Origin: Heterostelium pallidum
Taxonomy: Eukaryota
NCBI RefSeq assembly: GCF_000004825.1
Contig: NW_008805072.1
Coordinates: forward strand, 620,435-684,434
Direction: 5' to 3'
DNA: 64,000 nt
The notes beneath the pieces were generated by a model. It did not search any database and was not told where the DNA came from. It saw nothing but the letters and a program-made list of their open reading frames with translations. Positions within the stretch are counted from its first letter, which is position 1; every line of letters starts with the position of its first letter. Positions 14,381 to 27,616 of the stretch are shown here, in pieces. The position numbers and the translations under genes were made by a program.

Positions 14381-14456
14381 TACTATTGATATTTACATTA
14401 TTGTTATCATTATTAATATTATTACCATTTATATCATTGTTTTTATTTCCGAACAT
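10914..14456 (-). CDS. VPS9-domain (Rab5-GEF-like) protein fused to a C-terminal DUF726/TMCO4-like alpha/beta-hydrolase domain (exons 13569..14456, 13293..13502, 12899..13216, 10914..12795)
   Basis: Exon 1 is poly-Asn rich with a true ATG at 14456. Exons 2-3 encode a VPS9 catalytic core (..DKIMCLLRFSRIISQGL..GADEFINCLVYVVIQTNPAYLYSNI, cf. Rabex-5 [25 protein letters not shown]). The VPS9 helix continues across intron 12796-12898 into the 621-aa ORF (..K|SQDLLLSEAAYYFVTLSSAMTFI, cf. Rabex-5 GEDGYYFTNL). That ORF carries the DUF726 signature RPITLVGVSMGSSLIYFCLLEL..VVFIGAPVP..IVSGRLVNCYSPDD plus multiple TM helices. All three junctions are in frame with gtaagt/gtatgt donors. Confidence 0.75.
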
Positions 14457-15950
14457 TTATAAATTGCAAAAATAAAATAAAATAAAATAAAATACTATAA
14501 AAAAAATTATAGTCAAGTTAACGAGAAAACTTATTAGATTAAAAAATACACTACAGTTAGGTTAGTGTTAGTATTTTTTTTTGGTAATAAATAAATAAAA
14601 AAACAATTAAATTTATTTATCACATTTTTTTCAATTTATATATTTGCAAGTGTGGAATTAAAACCTTGTTTTTTAATTTTTTCAAAACCTGGGAAATTGA
14701 AGTATTTTTTTGAAGGAAGAAAAGTAAATCGACAAAGAAAATCACTGATATGATCTTAAATCAATAACTTTTTTAAAAAATACAATTATATCTTAGGAAG
14801 ATATAAAATAAAAGTGATGTTTTTCAAAGAATTTTAAAATTAATTAAAAAAAAAAAAACAAATATTTGTTTTGGTTAATTAATATTCAGAATTTACTGTT
14901 GGGTACTAAGAAAAAAAAAAATACTCCTCAATGTTGTTTGAAATTTAAAGTTTAATAAAAAGATTTTTGTTCAATTTTTTTTTTTTCAAATTAATTCTTG
15001 TTTTTTTATTGTGTTCAAACAATTTTTTTTTTTTTGTTTTTATTTTATTTTGGATGGTGTGTGTAAACAAAGCAATAACAATCATCTCAATTTATACATT
15101 CTTAGTTAATATTCCATAACATTCTATAACATTGTTTGTTTAGTTTGTTTCACAACAAAACAATACAAAACCAAAACAAACACTAACACTAACTTTAACT
15201 TTTAAATTCAAAACAACTTTATAACTTCAACTCATTCATTCATTCTCAACTAAACACTCACACTTTACACACAACTTGCCACCTCTTTTCTCTTTTTTTT
15301 GTTTGTTTGTAAACTAACAGGTTCTTATCACTCTCTTTTCCTTTTTCTAATTATTTAAATCAGTAGACTTTTCTTCACTTCTCACTCTCTTAATTTTGCT
15401 TGCTCCACTTTTAAAATACATCTTCAACCCAACCTAAAAATCAAATCAACTCACCTTTTTTTTTTTTTTAAATTTTTTTTTTTTTAATTAATCTATTTAA
15501 ACCAACCCTCAAAGGTATAGCTTAATTTAAATTAATAACCAAATATTAAATTAAATTAAAATTATATATATAATATTAGTCGCAGCAGCAGTGTAGTTGT
15601 CAAATAGATTTTTTTGTTTAAGAAGTTCAATCATCATTCAAACAACCAAAAACTATTATATATATATTTTACACTGTAGAAAATTAAAATTAAAAATAAT
15701 AATATAATAATAAAAAAACAACAAGTAATTATAATCATTTTATAAACAAAAACAACCTTAATTATTAATACACAATATTCTTTACTTTCTTTTATTATTC
15801 ATTCCTTCTCTCTTTCATTCTATTTATATAGTAAAGATTTAAATTATGATCAACGATATACGATATTTTACAGATTTGATTAAAAGCTGTAGGTATACAT
15901 ATAAAGAGAATCATTCGAACATCAAAGTATTAATACTTTCTTAAATTACA

Positions 15951-18900
15951 ATGAATAGCCGTCGAACTTAGAGAATTATTGGAGGCTCTTGACTATCTGA
16001 TTAAGAATGGATCAACTAAACCTGTAGTTGGTGAACCAGCACCCGATTTGACACCACTCGAAGAGTTCAAGAGTATCGAGAAGTTACCAGAGTTGGTTGA
16101 AGCCCTATGGTGGAAATTGTAAGTTGATTTTAAAAAAAATAACACACACATCAAAAGAGTGAGAAGTGTAGAGCTGAGAGGAGAGGAGATAGAGAGAGAA
16201 AGTGAGAGAAAGCACACATATCAACATTATCATATGTATTACATCTATCATCATCATCATCATATCATCAATAGTGAAGATCAAAGCCTTCAAAAAAAAA
16301 AAAAAAAACAAACATAAATTTAAATTAAAATTTTAATCAAATTTATTAATCAAAAAAAAAAAATTCAAAAAAAAAATTCAAAAAAATTTCTCTCTTTTAT
16401 TTTTATTTTTGTAGGACACAATCCTCTGAACTGGCAGTCAAAGTCCGGACTTTCTTTCAGATTTGTATAGCTATTTCCTTAAAGAAGATTGCCAAAGACG
16501 ATAATCCCAATGAGTATCTTAAGGTTTTAATGAATATTTTCTCACCAAAACCATTCCAAAGGAACAATGAATATAGATATAATCAAGAATATGTTGAACT
16601 CCCAAACAAGGTTTGTATTATCCATCAAATTAAATTCATCAATTTTCGTATATTTCAATCCATATTAATTAGCTTGAAACTACGCTATTAGATATCCAAT
16701 CAACTTGCAGTCTATTTTGGTCAACATGAAGGTGTTTTGCTCTTGAAGGAAAAGATTAAAAATCATAAGGGATCTTTCGATAATTTAAAGAGATTACTTG
16801 GTACTTTGAAAAAGGTAAGAGGCAGATAAAGAAATTCAAATATCTATATATATTAATATATTTATAATTTTATAGTTTACAAAAAAGAATACAATTGATG
16901 AACCAGATGCAGAGGTAGAGGAGTTTATAAAGCTTGTGGTTAATAGAATTTTGTCGACACCAGACGAGGAGTTCAAGAATGAAAGCAAGAAAGATTTGGA
17001 TTTTTGTTTGAAATATCTCAACAGTATTGTATCAAACATCACAGAGAATCCATTTACAATGATGATCCAACTCTACAGTATGGATATTGCTCTCAAGTGT
17101 TTCAAGTCTGTATCTCTCGAGAAGAGAAATGCAGGTTTAAATGATATAATCCGTTTCACCAAGTTTGAATCTTATCATGCTTATACCAGACAATATCCCT
17201 ATTGTTCTCCAGAGTAAGTTATTATTATTATTGTTTTAATAGTACAGTTACACAAAATACTTATTATTTTTTTTATTTTTATTAGGAGAGTTGTGGAGTG
17301 GATCAGAGAAAACAAAATTGTAGAACTTTTGTTTGGTGAGACTATGCATATTCAATTACTTCAAAAATGTACAGATATTTTAAAATTTTTGGCAGAGAAG
17401 AAGGCGTTCCAGCGTAAGTACCTCGATCTTATGTGGAGTGCTGCCGAGGGTAAACATGAAACGATTGAAAATGTAATCTATGACACTATTGGAAATATTG
17501 CACCGTTGCTCCCCACCTCAGATATAGAGTATCTCTTTAATAAGATCAAGGAGATCCCTCTCGAACACTACACCACTCAGACCTTGCAGCTGATTGCCTG
17601 TCTCACTCAGAACCGTTTCCAGTTCATGGGTGGAAACAACAATGGCAATAATGTTGGTGGCAACATTGGTATCGACGATTCTCGTGAAACTACAGCTGTT
17701 CGTGGTCTGGAAATCTTTTGGTCACTCCTTCAAGATAATAATATAAATATCGACAATCAAGATGATAACAACAACAACAATGACCAACAACAACAACAAG
17801 ACCAACCACCACCACAACAACAACAAAAGAAAGAGTTGTTGGTAAACATTGACAACGACAATAATAGCAACAACAACAACAACAGTGGTGGTTCTAGTAG
17901 TCCAACAACAGGTGAGATGGTTGTTTCAGCTATTTCACCAGAGTTGACTCACCAGGCTTTGGTTCACCTCCAAGATGCACTGTACTTTCACCAACATCAA
18001 CGTCACGAATATCTCAACAAGTGCTTGGAGAACATCGAGAACCATCGATCCGTGCTGTTCTCACTGCGTTTGATTCAATATATTATCACGATTTTCACCG
18101 AACGACAGAAAAAGAATCAACCAATGAACAGCCACGAAGGATCGGCTGCCATCATCGATCACATCAACCGAGAGATGGGACTGATTGACAAGTTCTTTGC
18201 TCACCTCGAATACTACAAAGAGCAATGCAAAGTAGCTATCAACAACGAGGGAATGATGATAGTCGACGAGCTTGGTGACACCATCCTCTACGGTCGTCAT
18301 TCGCACTCTGAGCAAATGAACGAGTTCCTAAGCTTCATTAGCTTCATCTGGGAGAAATCCGATATACTACCGACCAACGGAAACATCGATGTTCTCTGGC
18401 ATGTCTACGTTGTAGATTCAATCTCTACCAAAGATAGAGATTTATTCTTTAGATGGATTGAAAGATCACTCTGTTTCCAAGTAATTATTAATAGAATATT
18501 TATATGAAAAGTTTGATTACTAATATTTTTAAATTATTTTTAGGAACAAAATCATTTATACTTTTTGGAGAAATACAATGAGATTCCATTTAACAATTTG
18601 GAATTATCTGGTGCTACATTATATATCAATTGTATGAGAGCTGTTAATCGTGACAGAGGACCGTATGTATATTTTTATCATAAACAATATTCACCATCAT
18701 TATTTATTTCTAATTCATATTTTTTTCATTATTATTATTATTATTATTAGTAAAAATTATATAGGTGTAGAGAATCTTTGGAGAATCGTTCTTGAAGATG
18801 AAAATGAAGAAGTTGGCAAAGAAGTCATTTCATTCATTATTGATTTGTATAAATTTGTAAGTTTTCTTCTTAATTTTATTAAAGTTGTTTTAAAGAATCA

Positions 18901-21900
18901 ATTTATTAATTATTTTTTTTATGAAACACAGATGACAACACAAGATAAGGATAAAGGCGATGAATTCCTTACTACATGTATTTCAAATCTCTCGAATATT
19001 CCAACTGATACTGGTGTGTTGAATAACACTGATCGAATTCTTGTTAATAGAACATTGGCTTTGATACAAACCTACCTCGAGGGTTTCGGTTCGAGAATCA
19101 AAGACTCTTTCAAAAAGAATTTCTCGCCGACCATCACCGTCCACTTTAACAATCAAAAGAGTCGTTTGCAAATGCAGATCAGAAGCAACGAGACTATTGG
19201 CCAAATCAAGGCAAGATTGGGTAAGCAAATCAACATCCATCCCGGTGCTCTCTATTTGGTTCACAATACCAAGGTGTTGCAATTCGACTACGAGACACTC
19301 GAAGACTATCGCGTGGCCAATCACGACACCATTCTCTTCAACGAGTTGGCCGAACCTCGAATCCAAGACGACGTGCAGCCAATCACCATCAATTTCGACC
19401 AGAGTAAATTCGGTCTACTCTTCTCGTTGTTGTCGATCGAGGAGATTGCCCCAACCGTATGGGAAGTTCTCATTCTCCTCCCAGTGAATCGTCAGATCTT
19501 TGACTTGTTGTCCAACATTCCAGCCGACCAAAAGAACTCACCCAACTGGGAGCACCTACTCGACCACTCCTCCGTATTCAAGTTACTCTATTCGCTCTTG
19601 ATCATTGAGAACTTTGTACAGCTTGAAGACAACAACTATGAGTGGCGTAACCGTTTCATTGCCACTGGCGGTCTAACCCAGTTGGTCAAAATCCTCATGC
19701 AAGTGGATCTCCAACACGAAAGCAAGGGTGCCAAGAGAAAGAGATGTCTCTCGCTCCTATTGAAGATCATTGTGCTGTTGGTTGTCGATTTCTCAAACAC
19801 CACAACCATCAACCTCGCCTTTATCTCCACTGCCAAAGTTTCCAACTTTTCAGCTGCCACCTTTTTGAATCGCTTGATGGATCTCGCTTGGAATCAAACC
19901 GCGCCAACTGTTCAAGGGGAAGATATGATGATCCAGCACCTCACCGACGATGGAGATGTCATCCAGAGTATCTTTCTTCTCATTCAATCATTGGTTGTCC
20001 AACCCGCTCAGATGGACCAGCTTTTCAACAGAAAGGATTTCAACAAGTGGTTGTCCCTCTTGATTCTCGACAGCAGTGACTACACCATCCGTGATTCCGT
20101 GTTCAACCGCATCTTGAGTATCTGCCAATTCAGTACTAAAGCTCATGAATTCTTTTTACACCAATGTCTCTCACTTCTCTCTGTCATTGTAGGATCCGAT
20201 CGATACTCTTTCAGTTGCAATCAATTCTTCCAACTGCTGGGATATCTTGTTCGTGACAGTTGCAATGGTGTTGCAGGTGGATCTGTCAACAACTTTGGCG
20301 AGCTCCTCCAACAACTGGTAATAATGATCAAGACACATCCAGTTGTCGAATCTTCCAACTACTACCAGCCAGACTATGTACTTATTGGTCTGTTTGGTTT
20401 GGTTCGTACACTTGTCACCTACTCACTCGATTTCAAGTTGGAGGCCGGTTACAAAGAGGATCTTATCACCGATCTCTTCCACAACTGTTTGTTTGACATT
20501 GCCACAGCAGAGAACCACGGTCCTCTCTGTCCACCAAAGTGCAAAAACAGAGAGTCACGTGACGCCTGTTTCGCATTGCTCTTGGAGTTGGCCAATAACT
20601 GCGAAGAAAACTATCGTATGTTGGTCTCGCTACTCTTGGAGCAAAACAAACCAGAGGAAAGAAGAACACTCTGGAACTACTTGCCAGCCGGTAACGAGAA
20701 GTCCACTTGTGGATACGTTGGTCTCAAGAATTTGGGTGCCACTTGCTACATCAACTCGTTGATGCAACAACTCTTTATGATTCCAGCATTCAGATACAGT
20801 ATCATCCAGGCACAAGAAGCCAACCCAACACCAGACAGCTTGCTCTATCAACTCAAGATTATCTTTGCCAACCTCCAAGAGAGTGAGAAGAAATCTCACG
20901 ATCCAAAGGATTTCTGTATGGCCTACAAATACGAAGGACAGCCACTCAATACCTACGTACAGATGGATGTTGATGAGTTCTTCAACATGTTGTTCGATCG
21001 TCTGGAAAACCAACTCAAGGGCACCAAAGAAGAGAAATTGCTGTCTGAGTTCTTTGGTGGTGCCAGTGTGAATCAATTCATCTCTCAGGAGTGTCCACAT
21101 GTCTCTGAGAGAGAAGAGCCATTCTACACCATCAGTCTTGAGGTAAAGAACAAGCGTGATATCCTCGACTCGCTTCAGCTGTTTGTCGAGTCAGAGACAC
21201 TCGACGGTGACAACAAGTACTTCTGTAGTCAATGTTCACAAAAAGTCAAGTGTCTCATGAGAAGATGTGTAAAGAAGCTGCCAAACACACTGATCATCCA
21301 CAACAAGCGTTTCGAATTTGATTTGGATCTCATGCGTAGAACCAAGCTCAATGATCAACTCAAATTCCCAATGAGTTTGGACATGGCACCATACACCAAG
21401 GAGTGTCTTGAGCGTAAGGAAGCCATTGAGAATGCCAAAGCCAAAGGATTGCCAATCCCAGACATCCCAACACATCCCGCTTCTTACTACCAGTATGAAC
21501 TCAGCGGTATTCTTGTACACACAGGTTCTGCAGAGTCTGGACATTATCACTCGTACATCAAGGAGCGTCAACCATTGATTCCCGGTCAACCACGTCGTTG
21601 GATTCAATTCAACGATCACTCGACAGAGATTTTCAATCCTGAAGACATCTCAAAGGCATGTTTCGGTGGTTACGATCACATCTCTATGGATCAAGGAAAG
21701 ACCAACGTCCGCACCACTCCACGTTACAACAATGCTTATATGCTCTTCTACGAACGTACCAATCCAGAGGCCGTTCCCAAACCAGAGTATCAAAACATCG
21801 CTCAGAACGAGGCATCCAAGTTGGTACCCTCTGAGATATTCAATAGTGTCTGGCGTAAGAACATGAAATTCCTTCACGACAAGAATATCTTTGATCCAAA

Positions 21901-24900
21901 CTACTTCCATTTCATCTGGCAATTCCTACACTTGGACCCCATCAACAGTAATCGTATGACCGATGAAGATGACCACTTTGATCAGGTAATGATGACCATT
22001 GAGTTGGGAACTAGATTTGTCATTGAAACACTCTCGCACTCGAGAGAGAGAAAGACACTTGGTGATTTCATCACCTATATCTGTTCATTGTTCTCCACTC
22101 ACATAGAAGCCTGCCAATGGTTCCTCGATTCGATGACCTACGACTCAACATGGATTCGTCAGAATATGTTGGTTTGTCTCACCAATGATCCAAGAGAGTC
22201 GCTTGCCAAATTACTTCTTCAAGTGATCCAAACTCTCATTCCAATCGATCGTCAATATTACTTTGAGATTGAAAAGGATCCATCGGTGGAATCACCAATG
22301 GAAATCATTGAGATTGACGACAACGATAATGGTGGTGGTGGCGGTGGTGATGGCCAATCTTCACAACAATCAACTGGCAAACAAAAGGCAATCACACAAA
22401 TGATTGACCAAGAAAACTACACCATTATCGGTGGTCGTTCCAAGTCATTCATCGTAAGATTCATGGATACCTATCTCGATTTCATTAAAGAGGCGCCATT
22501 GTTCTGGAGACACTTCCAACAGTACTTCACATTGATTCGTGACTTTAGTGTGTTGGGAACCGAAGAGAAGCGTTACCTACTCTCTAGAAATGTATTGTCA
22601 CGTCTTATCGATTTCTACATGGGTGAGGAGTCGCCATTGTCAAAGACTCATCCACCACAAAAGAAGACAAAGATGGGTGACAAGTATAATTCACCACAGC
22701 ACCAATCCATGTTGGAAACCGTTGCCATCTTGACACTTGCCTCACACACTCGTTACTCGAAACTCACAGGACACGTACTTCCATCACACAATGAAAAGGA
22801 ACCGTTGGACATGAGTGAGGATGACCTGTACATGATTACACATCCTCACTTTATTATGAAGACTATTCGCGAGAATATCAATCCACGTTCCTCCACTGAG
22901 ATTCTTCAACACATTTGTTTCGGTGATATCGAGCTCAGCAAGATCATGATCCAACACATTCAAAATATCGAGGGTAAAGCACCACTCGATGCCTTGTTAC
23001 CATTGATCACCATGGAGGATCACTACTACGCAGAGCGTGCCGATTTGGCCCTTAGAGCCTATATTAATCTACTCGATTGTAACAAACAACGTGCATATAT
23101 CCCACACATCAAGTATATAATTGATCAAGCCACGAGCAGTCAAGTCATTGGCGATTGGTTCGAGAAGAATCTCGACGAGTGGTTGATCAAGTGGACTGTT
23201 GTCTCAGAGTCGATAGAGGTTCGCTCCGATGCATTCAACTTGGCAATTTCACTCTTTAATCTCTCGGGTCAAGCTCAACTCGATCACAACAAGATCCACA
23301 GTCTCTTCCTCTACCTACTTTCTCATGCCAAGGAGGTCAAGAGCATTGTCAAAGCCGAAAAGGATATTCGTGGTGGTAGAGTCGAATTCTACTTTAGATT
23401 ACTCACCCTCTGTATCGTAAGCAATGAAGAGAAGAAAGCATTTGCTCAGTATTTCGCACCACTCGTCAAGATGCTGCAAATTCTCATTACCTCGAATGTG
23501 GCCATCGAGAGAAGCAGACAAGAGATCATCAGATTCTTTGCTGCCATGCTCAAGGATTGTCCAGAGAATATTAAACTACTCCTCGAAGATCCAATTCACA
23601 ACAAGATTATGGATTACTTTATCAGTATTTCGCCAAAGGAAGAATTCAGAATGTTCAACCAAAAATCATTGCCCTATTTCTACCAGGTCATCTTGTATAT
23701 GTCACAACAGAGTTTGGAATTCCTCAACTTTGTTGCCACTCATAACAACTACACATGGGCACTCTCCTTTTTGTACTTGGAGTGTATCGATTACACAGAT
23801 GTTGCCAACATTCTCTTCCAGTTGACAGAGCTCATTGCACAAAAGTTCCCACAACACATCTCGAGAATATTGCACCACTGCATTAGCTTCCCTAACTTCC
23901 ATCTGTGCCTGGCCAACTGTGTCACCATTCTCAACTTGTTGGTCAACAAGAAGAAGGATGCTGCTATGCTCTTCCAGAATTTCCAAAACAACAACAATAT
24001 CAATGAGCGTTGGGTTCCAATTGAGATACTTTGCAAGCAATTGAGAACGAAATCTCAAAACCCAGCCGGTGTAAAGTTGATCGAGTTCATCAGCAAAGTA
24101 CTTGCATTGTTGCGTAAGGAATCATCACCCAATCTCAACAATGGTGAGATCGCTGGAGATCAACCACAGTCACCAACTCAATTGAATATTTGGGACAGCA
24201 ATTATCCACCATTTAAATTGGTTGTATCGGCACTCTTTAATGCTGCTGAATCGGGTACCCTCTACCACAATCACATTAGCAAGGTTTTCAATCAGATCTC
24301 CTGTGAATATCCAGAGGGTATCATTTTGGTATTGTACGATATGTTCAATAAGAGAAACGGTCCAAACTTTGATACCGAATCATTGAACAACAACAACAAC
24401 AACAACAATAATAATAATAATAACAACAATCAACAACAGCAACAGAACCAACTACAACAACAACTATTGACTCCAGAGTCATTCTACAAATTGTTGTTGG
24501 ATACAATCAATCTATGCTCATTGAATCATCCAAATCCAGCTGTTCAACAAAAGGGTATCAACCTGACATTCAAGATCATCAAGGAAATGTTGACCATCGG
24601 TCTCGAGAGCGCCTATCAAGTACTGAGCAATATGGTATCAAAGAATCCGATTCAAATTAAAGACGAAGAGAAAGTTTCAATCATGACCTACGCAGTAAAG
24701 AATCCACATACAATGTTGAACCAAGAGTTCTTCCTCATTATCAAGAAGTTCTTTACCGATACTGAGCGTCTAATGTCGATGGAGTCCAACATGATTTTCG
24801 CTGGATTAATCAGATCACTCGAAGATCAAATCAGCACCTCGATCGCATCGATCAACTCTCTTGGATTCCCGCTTCAATCGGCACCAGCAGAAGTCGAAGC

Positions 24901-25120
24901 CGATATTGACCAACACTTGGTTCAACTCACCAACTCTTTGAAATCCATCGAAGTTTTGGGTGGTAGTGGTCTTGGTTCTCAACACATCACACCAATCTAC
25001 GAAATCCTACAAGCCTTTAGCACAGAGATCACCGATGACAATGTCTCTAGTAAAGCAAAGCTTTTCAAATCAAATTTAGAATCCTTGAAATTCAACACTT
25101 CTCAAAAAAAAGATCAATAA
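15951..25120 (+). CDS. USP9X/FAF-like large ubiquitin carboxyl-terminal hydrolase, ~2800 aa (exons ~15954..16118, 16415..16610, 16692..16814, 16876..17213, 17286..18480, 18544..18662, 18751..18856, 18932..25120)
   Basis: USP catalytic domain with Cys box GYVGLKNLGATCYINSLMQQLF and His box YELSGILVHTGSAESGHYHSYIKER. A ubiquitin-like domain lies upstream (TITVHFNNQKSRLQMQIRSNETIGQIKARLG..). Long armadillo-like flanks resemble USP9X (e.g. NLWRIVLEDENEEVGKEVISFIIDLY). Track ORFs 16936..17217, 17293..18507, 18565..18750 and 18650..25120 are joined by canonical introns. The 5' end is uncertain (see findings). Confidence 0.88.
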
Positions 25121-25639
25121 AATAACATATTAATTTTTTGCACACAAAAAAAATCAAATAAATAATGATTTTTTTTTTTTTTGATTATTCACAGTTTTTT
25201 TTTATTTAAATAACTTATTTATTTAAAGCATAGCAACTATGATCACTGCAAATATATATTGTGAAAGCGAATGTATTACATTTACATCAAAAGGTTCAGA
25301 TATAAAAGATGATTATATAAAACAAGAATATCAAGAAGAGGTTATAGGTGGACCTTTTCATTCGATGATCAAAGAAATACTTTCGATACAAGAGTTGACC
25401 AATAAAGAGTTAACTGTTTTTGTAAATAAAGATAAAGAAACAAAGATGCAACAACAAGCTTCAGAAAAAGGTAACTAAACTCATTGCAATGATCTACATA
25501 TAGCTTATTAACACCAAAACAACTACAATAAGTTGTAAATAGTAACAAAAGAAACCAAAAGAAACAATCAAAAAGCGATAGGTCAAAGAAAGAACAAAAG
25601 TTAAGCGAATAAATAATCATTTTTTGTAAAGATAAACAG

Positions 25640-27560
25640 ATAAGCAACTTATTTAATGAATGAATACTTTATTGTCAGGTCTGAATATAAACAAGTGTAT
25701 CTTTATTTAATTGAACTTACAGTTGATTGTTAAGGCTTATGATTATTAAAATCTTATTGATTATTAAAGTTTTTATTTTTTTATATTCTCTTTGGTTGTG
25801 GGGTAAAATTGTTACAACTCTGTAGAAAAAAAATTAATTTGATCTAGATATCTAAGATAGGCTATCTTGGTTATTGGATTCTATTTTAAACTCAAGAGGG
25901 GAGCACAAAGATTACTTTTGATGATTTGTAGTTATGACAAGTCTAATGTTCATTGTCGTGTGCACAGGAAATTAATAATCATGGACTAGATTTATCAGAA
26001 CTCGTACCCTTGAAGTGAATAGAAACAATTGTTTCCAAAAAAGGTTAAAAGTTTAACTGCTTCAAACTTTACCACTTAAATAAACTTTATTGTTTTTAAA
26101 AAAAATAACAAAAAAACTGATTGCTTTAAATATCTAGGTAAATTTACCAATCTATCCAACGTTCATCACAAAGATTAACCTTTCTTTTATATTATTAATA
26201 TTATAAAGTCGATCTGCTACAGAATGAATAATTTTTACAAAGGAATATTTGGTACCTACTCAAACTGTCAGCTGGATTGTAGGATTGAAGAGGGTGTGAT
26301 TATCAATAAAATACTTTGTTTTTAAAAGGTAAAAAAATATCGAGTTTTATTTTTTATATAACTACAGAAAAAATCAAGTAGTTGTAGATTTAGTGAAGTA
26401 AAAAAATTTGTGAAGTATAAACAAAATATTGATTTAACTATAGTTACCTCATTAAAGAGAAACTTGGAAGAATTGTATTCTTTATCCTACACTTAGTTTT
26501 TTATAAAAAAGAATTGAATAAACCTGATGTTTTGTTTTTATTTTTGATTGAGCTGAAAACTAGTATTTTTCTTTTCTTGATATCAAGAATGATTGGTCAA
26601 ACCTCAAATAATTACAAAGATGGGTAATACAACTAGATTGATGCTGCAATCCAGAATTCATCTTTGTTAAGAAAGATAATATTAATCTGAACTCTCTAGT
26701 GTTCTCTCTGATTGTATTATATACATACTTGTTATAGATAAATCCATCTTGTTACATAATAGTTGGTTTATTTTTTGTTTTTTAAGGATTAAGATTATAT
26801 TTGGTTGAACTGAAAGATTCATATTAGATTCTATGTATTTAAGGTGAAAAACTATTAACTAAAGTATCAAAATAACCACAAGAGACTTCTGAAATACATT
26901 TAATAAAAATAGTTGATCAGACTATAGTTTATTAATAGTCAATCTATCTACTAATGTAAGCTTATTCAAATATATGTTTGAAATTTGAATATGTTTATTT
27001 AAATTTGTTTGACTTATTTTAATCAATTTTATGTTAGAAACTTGAATAAGTAAATCTAAATGATCGTTTTCTTTTTAGTCATAAAAATATTTTGATATTT
27101 GAATTTGAATATAAAAATATATTACTTCAATTTATGTCCAATAGATAATTAAGATAATTAAAGATATCATTGTTATCCATATTAAAATATATTATTTCAA
27201 GTGTATTGTCTATTCTTTATTTGGTTGCAACCAAATAACTGTGAAACTGCTATATGTTAACTGTACCAACTGTCAATCGATACAAGTCACAATTGTAATT
27301 TAAAAAAATCTCGAACGATAATTAAAATATTTTAATTTTGATCTAGCTATCTTTATTGGTTATTGTATAGGTTAATAACTTAATCTTATTTCTTTTAACT
27401 TGTAGAAGAAGAAGATATTCTACCCTAAATCCACCAACTTGACAAGGGTATTTTTGTTCTGCCACTTCTCCAAACTCTTCAAGTCTATCTTACATCAAAC
27501 AAAAGATGTAATATAAAAGTTTTATAAAATCTATGTCATTTAGAGTGTGTGGGTTATCAC
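25640..27560. other. ORF-free ~1.9 kb segment of atypical (non-homopolymeric, ~70% AT) composition next to the tRNA cluster; possible degenerate mobile-element remnant
   Basis: No ORF >80 aa on either strand. It lacks the long A/T homopolymer runs of the neighbouring intergenic DNA and abuts tRNA-associated repeats. No protein homology is recognisable by eye. Confidence 0.25.
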
Positions 27561-27577
27561 ACTTTAATTTCGAATCC

Positions 27578-27616
27578 TCTAAGGCTTACTAATGGACCAA
27601 CTTGGCCAAAGAGGAA
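27578..27616. repeat. 39-bp tRNA-5'-half-like element, copy 1 (tcctctaaggcttactaatggaccaacttggccaaagag)
   Basis: Identical 39-mer recurs at 28180..28218. Its reverse complement (CTCTTTGGCCAAGTTGGTCC..) resembles the acceptor/D-arm half of the nearby tRNA-Ser (GACACCTTAGCCAAGTGGTTAC..). It is flanked by short inverted stems (TCCTCT/AGAGGA). The flanking B-box-like TTCGAATCC does not have 5-bp T-stem pairing, and the element does not fold into a complete tRNA. Confidence 0.6.

Noticed and set aside
14230-14475. Poly-Leu/Ile and poly-Asn ORFs (14046..14252+, 14230..14475+) opposite the VPS9 gene 5' exon
   Set aside because: They are antisense and alternative frames of the (AAT)n Asn-codon tract of the real minus-strand exon.
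18983-24058. Multiple 60-160 aa ORFs on both strands inside 18.9-24.1 kb
   Set aside because: All overlap the single long USP9X-like exon. They are alternative-frame or antisense artefacts of a GC-richer coding region.
25239-25478. 79-aa ORF just downstream of the USP gene
   Set aside because: It lies in the AT-rich 3' flank, with no homology, no codon bias and a TGA-rich surrounding frame. It is likely spurious.
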